Shown one piece after another: positions 30,405 to 38,593 of a DNA stretch of 64,000 nucleotides; within the stretch, counting starts at the first letter, position 1, and each line of letters starts with the position of its first letter. Origin of the DNA: Clostridiales bacterium UBA1234 (GTDB lineage: Bacteria; Bacillota; Clostridia; TANB77; UBA1234). The notes under the pieces are model-generated. The model saw only the letters and a program-made list of their open reading frames with translations, ran no database searches and was not told where the DNA came from. The stretch covers positions 22,874-86,873 of the forward strand of contig DBWQ01000006.1 of NCBI GenBank assembly GCA_002308995.1. The letters are read 5' to 3'. A program made the position numbers and the translations under genes.

Positions 30405-30673
30405 TTACAAAAGGAAAATCAGCGAGCATTCCACCAATGAATCATCGAGAAGCGCGCTGATATCAAATATCTTTTTGAAACCCCATCCTCCCCGCTTTTG
30501 GACAAATCAAGCCCCTCTACGCCTATGTCCACCCAATATACGAGATACTATCACTCATATTGGTGTGTACATAACGGCAAGAGGGGCTAATTTTTTCCAA
30601 AACCACCCAAGGTTTCAAAAAGATATGTTGATATATCGCGCTTTCTATTTTTCCTTTGGAATGCTCACTGATT
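30405..30673 (-). terminator. probable mtaD terminator: 16-bp stem whose loop carries repeat copy A
   Basis: Arms 30417-30432 (AATCAGCGAGCATTCC) and 30658-30673 (GGAATGCTCACTGATT) are complementary, with one G-U pair only in the minus-strand RNA. UUUUCCUUUUGU follows on the minus strand. Confidence 0.45.
30451..30642 (+). mobile_element. MITE-like hairpin-forming repeat, copy A (about 192 bp)
   Basis: About 88% identical to the reverse complement of 54280-54473. Terminal inverted repeats of about 30 nt (AGCGCGCTGATATCAAATATCTTTTTGAAACC / GGTTTCAAAAAGATATGTTGATATATCGCGCT). Inner arms also pair (TTTTGGA..AGCCCCTC / GAGGGGCT..TCCAAAA). It has no coding capacity. Confidence 0.75.
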
Positions 30674-30687
30674 GATTCTCACCAAAA

Positions 30688-31962
30688 TTAAAATAGACTT
30701 CTTTTTAATCGATTGGCAGTATCAATAATCTCTTGTTCATTGATGCCAGTAATCACTCTATTTTCCATGACAACTTTACCATCAATAATCGATGTCTCAA
30801 CATCAGCACCATTTACTGAATATGCAAGAAGTGCTTCTATCTGGTGAATTGGATTTAGATGAGGTTGCTTAAGGCCTATGATAATCATATCAGCTTTTTT
30901 ACCAACCTCAAGGGTGCCAAGTTCACTATCCATTCCTAAAATCTTTGCACCTTCTAACGTTGCCATTTTTAAAACATCTCTACTAGAAATCACGGTAGGA
31001 TCATGATAGATTCCTTTTTGTAAATACGCAGCAAGCTTCATTTCTTCAAACATATCAAGCGTATTGGTGGAACCTTGTCCATCCGTTCCCAATGCAACGG
31101 TAATGCCATGTTGCATTAATTTAACAACATCGGCAAAACCAGAGCCTAACTTTAAATTACTAATAGGATTATAAACAACGCCTCCACTAACATCCTTTAG
31201 AATACTAATATCTTGGTCATTAATTTGTACGCCATGAGCCAGCATGGTATGATACTGAAATAATCCACATTTCTTAAGATATTCCGTGACGCTTGTTCCA
31301 TAGGTTTCTTGCACATAATCCATCTCACTCTTTGTTTCAAGATAATGAATATGAATTGGCGTTCCTAAACGATCAGCAAGCTCGATACCACGTTTTATGG
31401 TATCAGGAGGACACGTGTTAGGAGCATGAAGTGCTACACAAATCTTAATTCTACCCTCTGCCTTATTATGATAGCTTTGGTATAATTCTTCTGCTTCTTT
31501 GGTTCTTTCTGCAGCCTGCTCTCCTTCACCAATAATACAGCGAGATAGGATTGCTCTCATACCAATCTTTTCTACTGCTTCTGCCGTAGCATCTTCAAAA
31601 AAATACATATCATTAAACGTGGTGGTACCGCTCTTAATCATCTCAACACAAGAAAGAAGAGAGGCATGATAAACAATATCACGGTCAAATTTATCTTCGA
31701 TAGGCCACATTCTTTTTTCAAGCCAGTCTTTGAGCGTAAATTCATCATCAGAATAACCTCTAAAAAGAGACATCGCCACGTGAGTATGGCTATTAATAAG
31801 ACCTGGCATCACTACTTTATCTGTGGCATCGATGACTTTATCTGCAGTCGACTCATCCGCATGACCAATGAGGGCAATGCGATCATCCTCTATTAGGACA
31901 TCTGCCTTTTGCACATCGGAAACCATCGAAACAATGTATCCATTTTTGATTAGTGTTTTCAT
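30688..31962 (-). CDS. mtaD: 5-methylthioadenosine/S-adenosylhomocysteine deaminase (amidohydrolase family)
   Basis: PGLINSHTHVAMSLFRG metal motif and amidohydrolase fold, 424 aa. Confidence 0.8.
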   Translation of the reverse strand: MKTLIKNGYIVSMVSDVQKADVLIEDDRIALIGHADESTADKVIDATDKVVMPGLINSHTHVAMSLFRGYSDDEFTLKDWLEKRMWPIEDKFDRDIVYHASLLSCVEMIKSGTTTFNDMYFFEDATAEAVEKIGMRAILSRCIIGEGEQAAERTKEAEELYQSYHNKAEGRIKICVALHAPNTCPPDTIKRGIELADRLGTPIHIHYLETKSEMDYVQETYGTSVTEYLKKCGLFQYHTMLAHGVQINDQDISILKDVSGGVVYNPISNLKLGSGFADVVKLMQHGITVALGTDGQGSTNTLDMFEEMKLAAYLQKGIYHDPTVISSRDVLKMATLEGAKILGMDSELGTLEVGKKADMIIIGLKQPHLNPIHQIEALLAYSVNGADVETSIIDGKVVMENRVITGINEQEIIDTANRLKRSLF

Positions 31963-31991
31963 CTACTTTTATCCTCCTATTAAGAAAACCT

Positions 31992-32327
31992 TTATTCCAC
32001 AATATCCTTTAATGCATCCCCAATAATCTTATAAATATCTGAAAGCATCACATCAAATCGAACTTCCTTATCAAAAAACTCTTTAATTCTTACATTACTT
32101 GCTAAAATATCATATAAGTTTTGTAGCTTTTCCATTTTCTCAGGTTCAGCTTCTTTACCTTGTAATAATAAAGATTGCACCTCAACTTGCTTTTCTCTAA
32201 AATCTTTAATCATGGATTTATTTTTTTCATCTTGGTATAGTTCCTCTTTAATAGCCAAGTATTCTTTTACCTCATCGCTATCCTTAATTGCTCTTACAAG
32301 CTCATGTACTTTATCATATGGATTCAT
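31992..32327 (-). CDS. YlbF/YmcA family (UPF0342) regulatory protein
   Basis: 111-aa helical protein, with the family-typical N-terminus ...VHELVRAIKDSDEVKEYLAIKEEL. Confidence 0.65.
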   Translation of the reverse strand: MNPYDKVHELVRAIKDSDEVKEYLAIKEELYQDEKNKSMIKDFREKQVEVQSLLLQGKEAEPEKMEKLQNLYDILASNVRIKEFFDKEVRFDVMLSDIYKIIGDALKDIVE

Positions 32328-32450
32328 GATAAAAACCTCCTATCTTTAACTTTATTTTCATTATATGGTATTTGTGATTTTTTTTCAAGGCGTTTTTGCA
32401 TACATATTTTAGGCAAATTGAGAGACACTACCTACTAAAAGGAGTGTACC

Positions 32451-34064
32451 ATGAAAGATATTTTTAAATTTATTCCCCACCCCATTCAACCTTTTTCTTT
32501 AAAAGAGCCTATGCTTCCTTTGAAAAGTGGCATCACAGAAGATGATATCCTTTCAGATTCTCTAGAAAAGAATGTGACACGTTTTAAAGAAATCTTTCAT
32601 TTTGGTCTTACCAGTGATTTTCAAATCAAAGAAATGGAAATCCACTTAAATCAGCAAACCTATCCTGCTGCCATTTTATTTTTTGACGGACTAACAGATA
32701 CTCAAATGATTAGTACTACTTTGTTAAATCCACTAACTAAAGAAAACTTCTATCCCTCTTCAAGCGTTCTCAAAACACTTCCCTCTCAAGAATTAGAAAA
32801 TGCACTCGTAAAGCATATTCTCATTCAAAGTCAAGTGAAAGTAATCTCCCATACCAAGGAGATTATCACCAGAATCAATCATGGAGAATGTGCTTTAATT
32901 GTTGATTCTCTTGCTCATGCCATTTTGTGCGATGTCAAAAAAATACCTAGCCGAGCAGTGAATAAATCTGAAAATGAAATGACCATTATAGGGCCTAGTG
33001 AAAGCTTTATTGAACAACTACGAACGAACACCGCCCTCATTCGTAAATTTATCAAAGATGAAAACTTGATTTTTGAAAATCTTACCATTGGTGCCAAAAG
33101 TAAAACCAATTGTGTCATTAGCTATTTAACGAATGTTACCAATGACTCTTTAATAAACGAGGTAAAAAGAAGAATCTCCTCCATTGATATTGATTTTATC
33201 ATTGATATTGGAGAACTCGCACAGCTTATTGAAGATAAAACTTTTCTCTTAGATCCACTGATTTTAAGCACAGAAAGGCCAGACAAAGTTGCCTCTAGCA
33301 TAACAGAAGGACGTGTGGCAATTTTACTTGAAGGAAGCCCTAACGTACTCATTGTTCCCGCTATTTTTTCAGATTTCACCCACTCTCCCGAGGATACTTA
33401 CCTAAGACACCCCTATGCAATGCTGTTACGTTTTTTTAGGATTCCTGCCATTTTGCTATCTATTTTTTTACCAGGAATTTATATCGCCATTACGACTTTT
33501 CATCAAGAAATGATTCCCACTGACTTACTCCTCGCGATTGCAGGAACAAGGGAAAAAGTTCCTTTTCCTATGCTCATTGAACTTCTCATCATGGAAACAT
33601 CGTTTGAAATTATTCGAGAAGCCAGTATTCGAACTCCAGCACCAGTTGGCCCAACCCTTGGGATTGTTGGCACATTAATTTTAGGCCAAGCCATTGTCAG
33701 TGCCAGTATCGTTAGCCCCGTTTTGGTCATTATCGTGGCACTAACAGGAATCAGTGCCTTTGCCATCGCTAACTTTTCGCTAAGCTACAGTTTTCGAATC
33801 GCAAGGTTTTATTATATCTTTTTAGGAGGTTTTTTTGGTTTCTTTGGCATTGCCCTTGGCCTTTTTATTCACATGATCATTTTAAGTAATGTTTCCTCCT
33901 TTGGAGTCCCCTATCTCACACCATTTACACCATTTCGAAAAGGTGCTTTCAAAGATGATTTATTCATTGCACCTTTATGGAAACAAGAAAAAAGACCTAT
34001 TTTTTTAAAACCCAAAGAACAAAATCGTGAACCAAAAATAACAAGGAAATGGATGAAAAGTTAA
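32451..34064 (+). CDS. spore germinant receptor A subunit (GerA/GerKA family)
   Basis: 537 aa, with an N-terminal soluble domain and a C-terminal 5-TM region typical of GerAA. First gene of an A-B-C operon. Confidence 0.9.
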   Translation: MKDIFKFIPHPIQPFSLKEPMLPLKSGITEDDILSDSLEKNVTRFKEIFHFGLTSDFQIKEMEIHLNQQTYPAAILFFDGLTDTQMISTTLLNPLTKENFYPSSSVLKTLPSQELENALVKHILIQSQVKVISHTKEIITRINHGECALIVDSLAHAILCDVKKIPSRAVNKSENEMTIIGPSESFIEQLRTNTALIRKFIKDENLIFENLTIGAKSKTNCVISYLTNVTNDSLINEVKRRISSIDIDFIIDIGELAQLIEDKTFLLDPLILSTERPDKVASSITEGRVAILLEGSPNVLIVPAIFSDFTHSPEDTYLRHPYAMLLRFFRIPAILLSIFLPGIYIAITTFHQEMIPTDLLLAIAGTREKVPFPMLIELLIMETSFEIIREASIRTPAPVGPTLGIVGTLILGQAIVSASIVSPVLVIIVALTGISAFAIANFSLSYSFRIARFYYIFLGGFFGFFGIALGLFIHMIILSNVSSFGVPYLTPFTPFRKGAFKDDLFIAPLWKQEKRPIFLKPKEQNREPKITRKWMKS

Positions 34065-34090
34065 TTCACATTAAAGAAAGGAGAAAAGCC

Positions 34091-35170
34091 ATGAAAATAG
34101 AAACTTCAGAATTTATCTGTACCATTGGCTGCGTCGGCATTATTCCACTGGTACTCACGATTCCTACATTTAATGCACAAACTTATGGAACAGGTGCTAT
34201 GGCTCATACACTTTATAGTTTTTTGATGAATGCCATTATCCTTTTTCTCCTTTTCCATTTGTATTTTCAATTTTCCAATCAAGATATCATTGATATTTCC
34301 GAATATGTAGGAGGAAGTTTTTTAAAGATTCTCACTACTGTTTTAGCTTCTGTCTATCTTATTACTTCTGCCGTTCTTGTCTTAGTCGAATTTAACGAAA
34401 ACATTCGAAACATCTTATTTCAAAATGCACCTTCTGATTATATTTACCTCATCTTTTTAGTAGGATTAGTGATAGGCGTTTTTCATGGATTAAAAGGGGT
34501 CTTTCGTGCCGCCACCATATTTGCACCACTCATTCTCATGAGCCTTATTTTTATGTTTCTATCCCTTTACCAAGATATTGACATCACCAATTTTACGCCT
34601 ATCTTTGGGAATGATATGTTTCTTTTTTGGAAAGATGCACTCAAAATAGAATTTTTTGAAGGAATGCTTCTCATTTTATTATTAGGAAACACCCTGAAGA
34701 ATCCAAAGAAAGCAGCCATCTGGTCATATTTATTTATTGCTTTCATTATACTTCTCATTACCGTATTACTTTATGGCATCATCCCTTATCCATCCATCAC
34801 AGAAAACTATTTTCCTTTTTTTGAACTAAGTAGGCTCATGAGTTTCGGAAGATTTTGGCAACGAGTAGAATCCCTCTATACTTTCATATGGCTCATCGCC
34901 GTTTATATTTATATTTCCATTGGAACATCCTATACCGTATTTTTGCTTTCTAAAGTATGCCATCTAAACTTTGGATATCGTATTGCTCCTTTAATCTCTC
35001 TTCTCGTAATTAGCCTCGCACGATTTTTTGTTTCTTATCCCGATATCATCCATACAAGAAAGTTTTTAACCAACTATATTACCCCCTATGTGGCATTGGG
35101 ATATCCATTGGTTATTTTGCTACTAGCTACCATAAAAAAAAGGAGTCAAATCCATGAAACAAACTCTTAA
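34091..35170 (+). CDS. spore germinant receptor B subunit (APC-like permease, GerAB family)
   Basis: About 10 TM helices. ATG at 34091 follows an AAAGGAG RBS; the track ORF begins at 34049. Confidence 0.85.
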   Translation: MKIETSEFICTIGCVGIIPLVLTIPTFNAQTYGTGAMAHTLYSFLMNAIILFLLFHLYFQFSNQDIIDISEYVGGSFLKILTTVLASVYLITSAVLVLVEFNENIRNILFQNAPSDYIYLIFLVGLVIGVFHGLKGVFRAATIFAPLILMSLIFMFLSLYQDIDITNFTPIFGNDMFLFWKDALKIEFFEGMLLILLLGNTLKNPKKAAIWSYLFIAFIILLITVLLYGIIPYPSITENYFPFFELSRLMSFGRFWQRVESLYTFIWLIAVYIYISIGTSYTVFLLSKVCHLNFGYRIAPLISLLVISLARFFVSYPDIIHTRKFLTNYITPYVALGYPLVILLLATIKKRSQIHETNS

Positions 35171-36314
35171 CCTCTTTTTATTATTGCTCCTGTGTCTTTT
35201 CCTAACAGGATGCTATGGTAAAGCAGAACTCGATGATTTAGCTTATGTCATCGCCATGGGAGCCGATATTGCCCCCAATGGAAAAGAAGGTGAAATTCAA
35301 ATCACCTATCAAGTGGCCATTCCTTTAAAAATTACAGGAGAAAATAATGAAACAGGCAAAAAGACATTTACCACATACACAACCTGCGCTCCTTCTTTAA
35401 GTATCGCAAATTCCCAAATTAACACGGTTTCCAGTAAAAAAATCGATTTATCTCACGTAAGTTTAATTCTTTATTCCAAAGAGCTTGCCCAAAAAGGCCT
35501 TGAAGGTCACGTGAATTCTTTGATTAGTAATGTAGCAATCAGGCCAAGAACGATTGTTGCAATTTGTAAGGAAAGCGCCAAAGAGTTTTTAGAAAATGTC
35601 ACTCCGACACTAGAAAGTAGTCCTGCTAGGTACTACGACCTACTCATTTCTTCATTTCAAGAAACGAGCAGAAGTGCCAAAACGGAAATCCTAGATTTTT
35701 ATACCGCTAGTCAAAGTATTGATAGAGTCCCCATAGCTGCTATCTGTGAATTAAACGATCACCATGAAGCTAAGTTTAGCTCAGTTGCTGTTTTTAGAGG
35801 GTTACAGTATATTGGGGAGCTTAAGGAATCCCTTTTAATGGGGCATTTACTGCTAACTAGCACATTCCATAAAGCAAGTCTTGCCATTCCTTATCCTGAA
35901 GAATCAGCCAAAAATATTACTATCACAATCCAAGCAAAGCAAAAACCTATCATCCACGTCACTATAACCAATGGAGTTCCTCATGCAACGATTTTATTAA
36001 GAGTCGATTCTCATTTAGATTCAAACGGCAGTTCTATCGATTTATATCAAACCAAAACCATGGAAGAACTCAATACCCTTATCGAAGAAAAAATCAAACA
36101 AATAGTGGATGACTACTTACAGCAAACAATCACACTACAAGCAGATAGTGCAGGACTTGGTAAGTTTGCTAAAAAAAACTATCTTACATGGAATGCTTTT
36201 CAAAAAGAAAATTGGAAAGAAATCTATCCAAATTTAACTTATCAAATTCAAGTAGAAAGCAATTTAAATGTATCACAAATCATTCATAATTCTCTTCCAG
36301 AATTTCCAAAATAA
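35154..36314 (+). CDS. spore germinant receptor C subunit lipoprotein (Ger(x)C family)
   Basis: Lipobox LFLTGC, then the family-typical CYGKAELDDLAYVIAMGAD start. It overlaps the B gene by 17 nt. Confidence 0.88.
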   Translation: MKQTLNLFLLLLLCLFLTGCYGKAELDDLAYVIAMGADIAPNGKEGEIQITYQVAIPLKITGENNETGKKTFTTYTTCAPSLSIANSQINTVSSKKIDLSHVSLILYSKELAQKGLEGHVNSLISNVAIRPRTIVAICKESAKEFLENVTPTLESSPARYYDLLISSFQETSRSAKTEILDFYTASQSIDRVPIAAICELNDHHEAKFSSVAVFRGLQYIGELKESLLMGHLLLTSTFHKASLAIPYPEESAKNITITIQAKQKPIIHVTITNGVPHATILLRVDSHLDSNGSSIDLYQTKTMEELNTLIEEKIKQIVDDYLQQTITLQADSAGLGKFAKKNYLTWNAFQKENWKEIYPNLTYQIQVESNLNVSQIIHNSLPEFPK

Positions 36315-36327
36315 GTGAGGTCTCATC

Positions 36328-36495
36328 ATGTTTTCTTATTCTTTCATCATTTTTTTACTTAGCATTGGTTCAATTGTATATGCTGTATGCTACGCCAAAT
36401 ACGAATGGAAACAAAAAAATAAAGCAGGTGCTACGGTGATATCCCTACTAGCACTCTGCCTTATCATTATTTCTATGATTCAATTAATGGATTAA
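36328..36495 (+). CDS. 55-aa two-TM protein immediately after gerC (possible germinant-receptor D-type subunit)
   Basis: ATG at 36328 lies 7 nt after a GTGAGG RBS. It encodes MFSYSFIIFLLSIGSIVYAVCYAKYEWKQKNKAGATVISLLALCLIIISMIQLMD. It is below the ORF-track size cutoff. Confidence 0.5.
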   Translation: MFSYSFIIFLLSIGSIVYAVCYAKYEWKQKNKAGATVISLLALCLIIISMIQLMD

Positions 36496-36734
36496 CCACG
36501 ATATACAATCAACATAGTACTGGAAATAATTGTAAGAATAATAAATGCAATTCCAATATACTTGGTATATTTTGCCAATTTTTCCTCTCTTCCCATTCCC
36601 ATCGTGCCACCTTTATTAGAAGACCCAGTAACAATATTGCCATCTTCTTTGGTGTCTTGAAGCATCACAAGTATCATGACTAAAATAGCGGAAATAATTT
36701 GAAATATTGTTACTAAATTTGTTAAAAAGTTCAT
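36492..36734 (-). CDS. secG: preprotein translocase subunit SecG
   Basis: 80 aa with two TM helices and the LVMLQ..K..G pattern typical of SecG. Confidence 0.7.
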   Translation of the reverse strand: MNFLTNLVTIFQIISAILVMILVMLQDTKEDGNIVTGSSNKGGTMGMGREEKLAKYTKYIGIAFIILTIISSTMLIVYRG

Positions 36735-36822
36735 CTTTACTCCTCCTTGTACGAATATAGCATGATTATATTAACACAACTTTAGCTATTTTGCAACACT
36801 TATTTATAAAATGTGATGTGTT

Positions 36823-37695
36823 TTAACGTCTTGAAAAGTTGACCATTAAAATATCACTCTTTTTACCTTCATTCGTTTCTACCATCACATTAAGAGTACT
36901 GACTGGGTAATCGTATATATCAGTACCTTTGGCACTATTATTTTCAAATGAAATCATCCTTCTCGTAGTTTCTCCTGGCTTTAATTTTACAATAGACGAA
37001 GTAGTATCCTTTCCTTCAAACCCATTATTATCAGTCGTAGAAATCACGGCATTCTTAACTTCAAGGGATGTCTCCTCTTGATTCATGTTAGTAAAATCAA
37101 CAGCGTATTGTAGCGCTGCCTCTTTGGACAAGGCATACTTTACTTCCATACGAACGCCTAATTCTGTATTGTAGGTTCCTCTATCAATTGGATCAATACT
37201 ATAACAGTTTTCTAAAACTACTTGATAAGAAAGTGACTCTTGACTCGGATCGGTAAAAATCAAATAATGATAAATAAAATTATTATTTTCTTTTTCCACC
37301 AATACAGAGGTATAGTAGGCATGGTTGCTATCTTGGAACTCTTGATATTCAATTGATACTAACCCTTGATAAAAGTTATGAATATACTCAGCAAAAGCTT
37401 CTTGATCATTGTGAAATTTCGCATCCATGTAGGCAGGATAAGAATGTAAATATAACGCATCCATGTTATCATTAAGAATCATCTCTTGAATCTCTTTGAC
37501 AATTTTTTCTAAAGCTTCATCTGCTTTGAACTCATCAGATGACACATAAATCTCCATGTCTTTTTTCTCGGCAATTTTAGAGGAAATCTTATTTTTGGCA
37601 AAGATGATTCCTTTAATTGCATTTTCTACCAAAATTAATGCGACGATAACAATAAGGATAATGACTCCTACTTTTTTTAAATTCTTTCTTTCCAA
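36823..37695 (-). CDS. signal-anchored extracytoplasmic protein, paralogue-like partner of 37677-38504 (C-terminal beta-sandwich, DUF4352-like)
   Basis: N-terminal TM (VGVIILIVIVALILV). C-terminal segment ...KLKPGETTRRMISFEN.... It overlaps the upstream gene by 19 nt. Confidence 0.5.
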   Translation of the reverse strand: MERKNLKKVGVIILIVIVALILVENAIKGIIFAKNKISSKIAEKKDMEIYVSSDEFKADEALEKIVKEIQEMILNDNMDALYLHSYPAYMDAKFHNDQEAFAEYIHNFYQGLVSIEYQEFQDSNHAYYTSVLVEKENNNFIYHYLIFTDPSQESLSYQVVLENCYSIDPIDRGTYNTELGVRMEVKYALSKEAALQYAVDFTNMNQEETSLEVKNAVISTTDNNGFEGKDTTSSIVKLKPGETTRRMISFENNSAKGTDIYDYPVSTLNVMVETNEGKKSDILMVNFSRR

Positions 37696-38504
37696 GAAAA
37701 CACCTCCTTAAGCTTCGAAAATTCCAATGTCACTTCCTGAACTTTTTTTTCGCCAAGTTGTAATTGCATCCATAGGCCCATTGGGAAATCAACCTGAGTT
37801 TCAAAAGTAATCTCTAAGGTTTTTGTTTCTCGGGGAGCAATCGTTGTCATCTCAAAATCACTTTTTCTTAGGCGACTTTCGTCAGACAAAAGTTGCATAT
37901 TAATTACTTTTAAATCTCTTCTTCTATCCGTATTGGTAATCGTCATCTTAACAACACAACGATTGGAATAGTTAATCATTTCATGAACTTGATAGCTGGC
38001 TTTTCCCTCTTTTAGAACCTTTTCAAAAGCTCTATACTCCAAGAATAAATCCGGTGCAATATGGAAAGCATTTTCTTCTATCAGCACCAAAAATTGCTCC
38101 TTTTGAGACTCATTTACGATGACATTCACTTGATACGCATTTTGAGTTAACGGCTGAATTGACTGAATCTCATAGGTAGAAACGATTTGTTGTTTCAACG
38201 GCTTTTCAAACTCTTCTTGAGTAATATAGGAGCGATAAGTAGGTGTCAAAAGATGATACGCTTTCACATAGTCTTGCTTGCATAATGAGTCCAAATATAA
38301 AGCACTACATTCAGAAATGGTAGCATACTCTGTTGTTGTCATAGAGCCGCCACTCCACTTTTGTCCTATCTTTTTAGAAATATCGATTTTTTCCTCAAAA
38401 ACTTTTGGGAAAAAAAGTACAAACAAAATCAGTATCAATAAGAGAATCATTAAAAATCGACTCAATTTTTTCAAAAGCTTCACCTCTTTCCTACAAAAAG
38501 CCAA
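37677..38504 (-). CDS. signal-anchored extracytoplasmic protein (C-terminal beta-sandwich, DUF4352-like); start uncertain
   Basis: N-terminal TM (FLMILLLILILFVLFF). C-terminal ...TIAPRETKTLEITFE.... The annotated TTG start lies inside the upstream terminator hairpin, so a downstream GTG, TTG or ATG start is more likely. Confidence 0.5.
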   Translation of the reverse strand: MAFCRKEVKLLKKLSRFLMILLLILILFVLFFPKVFEEKIDISKKIGQKWSGGSMTTTEYATISECSALYLDSLCKQDYVKAYHLLTPTYRSYITQEEFEKPLKQQIVSTYEIQSIQPLTQNAYQVNVIVNESQKEQFLVLIEENAFHIAPDLFLEYRAFEKVLKEGKASYQVHEMINYSNRCVVKMTITNTDRRRDLKVINMQLLSDESRLRKSDFEMTTIAPRETKTLEITFETQVDFPMGLWMQLQLGEKKVQEVTLEFSKLKEVFSWKERI

Positions 38505-38545
38505 AAGTCAGATGCTAGCATCTGCTAGCATCTGAAATGACTTTT
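38493..38545 (-). terminator. rho-independent terminator after the 2065-aa gene
   Basis: Minus-strand RNA: AAAAGUCA-UUUCA-GAUGCUAGC-AGAU-GCUAGCAUC-UGACUUUU, followed by GGCUUUUUG. Confidence 0.7.
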
Positions 38546-38593
38546 AGCTATTGAAACAAAATGATTATTCAATTACAAAACTGCATCAAAATA

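Noticed and set aside
30391-30675. 94-aa plus-strand ORF from the track
   Set aside because: It spans the MITE-like repeat and its flanks, has no RBS, and its sequence is dictated by the palindromic element. The inverted copy at 54280-54473 has no equivalent ORF.
32328-32450. Forespore sigma-G type promoter upstream of the ger operon
   Set aside because: GCATA and CA..TA-like hexamers are present, but spacing and matches are too loose to assert by eye.
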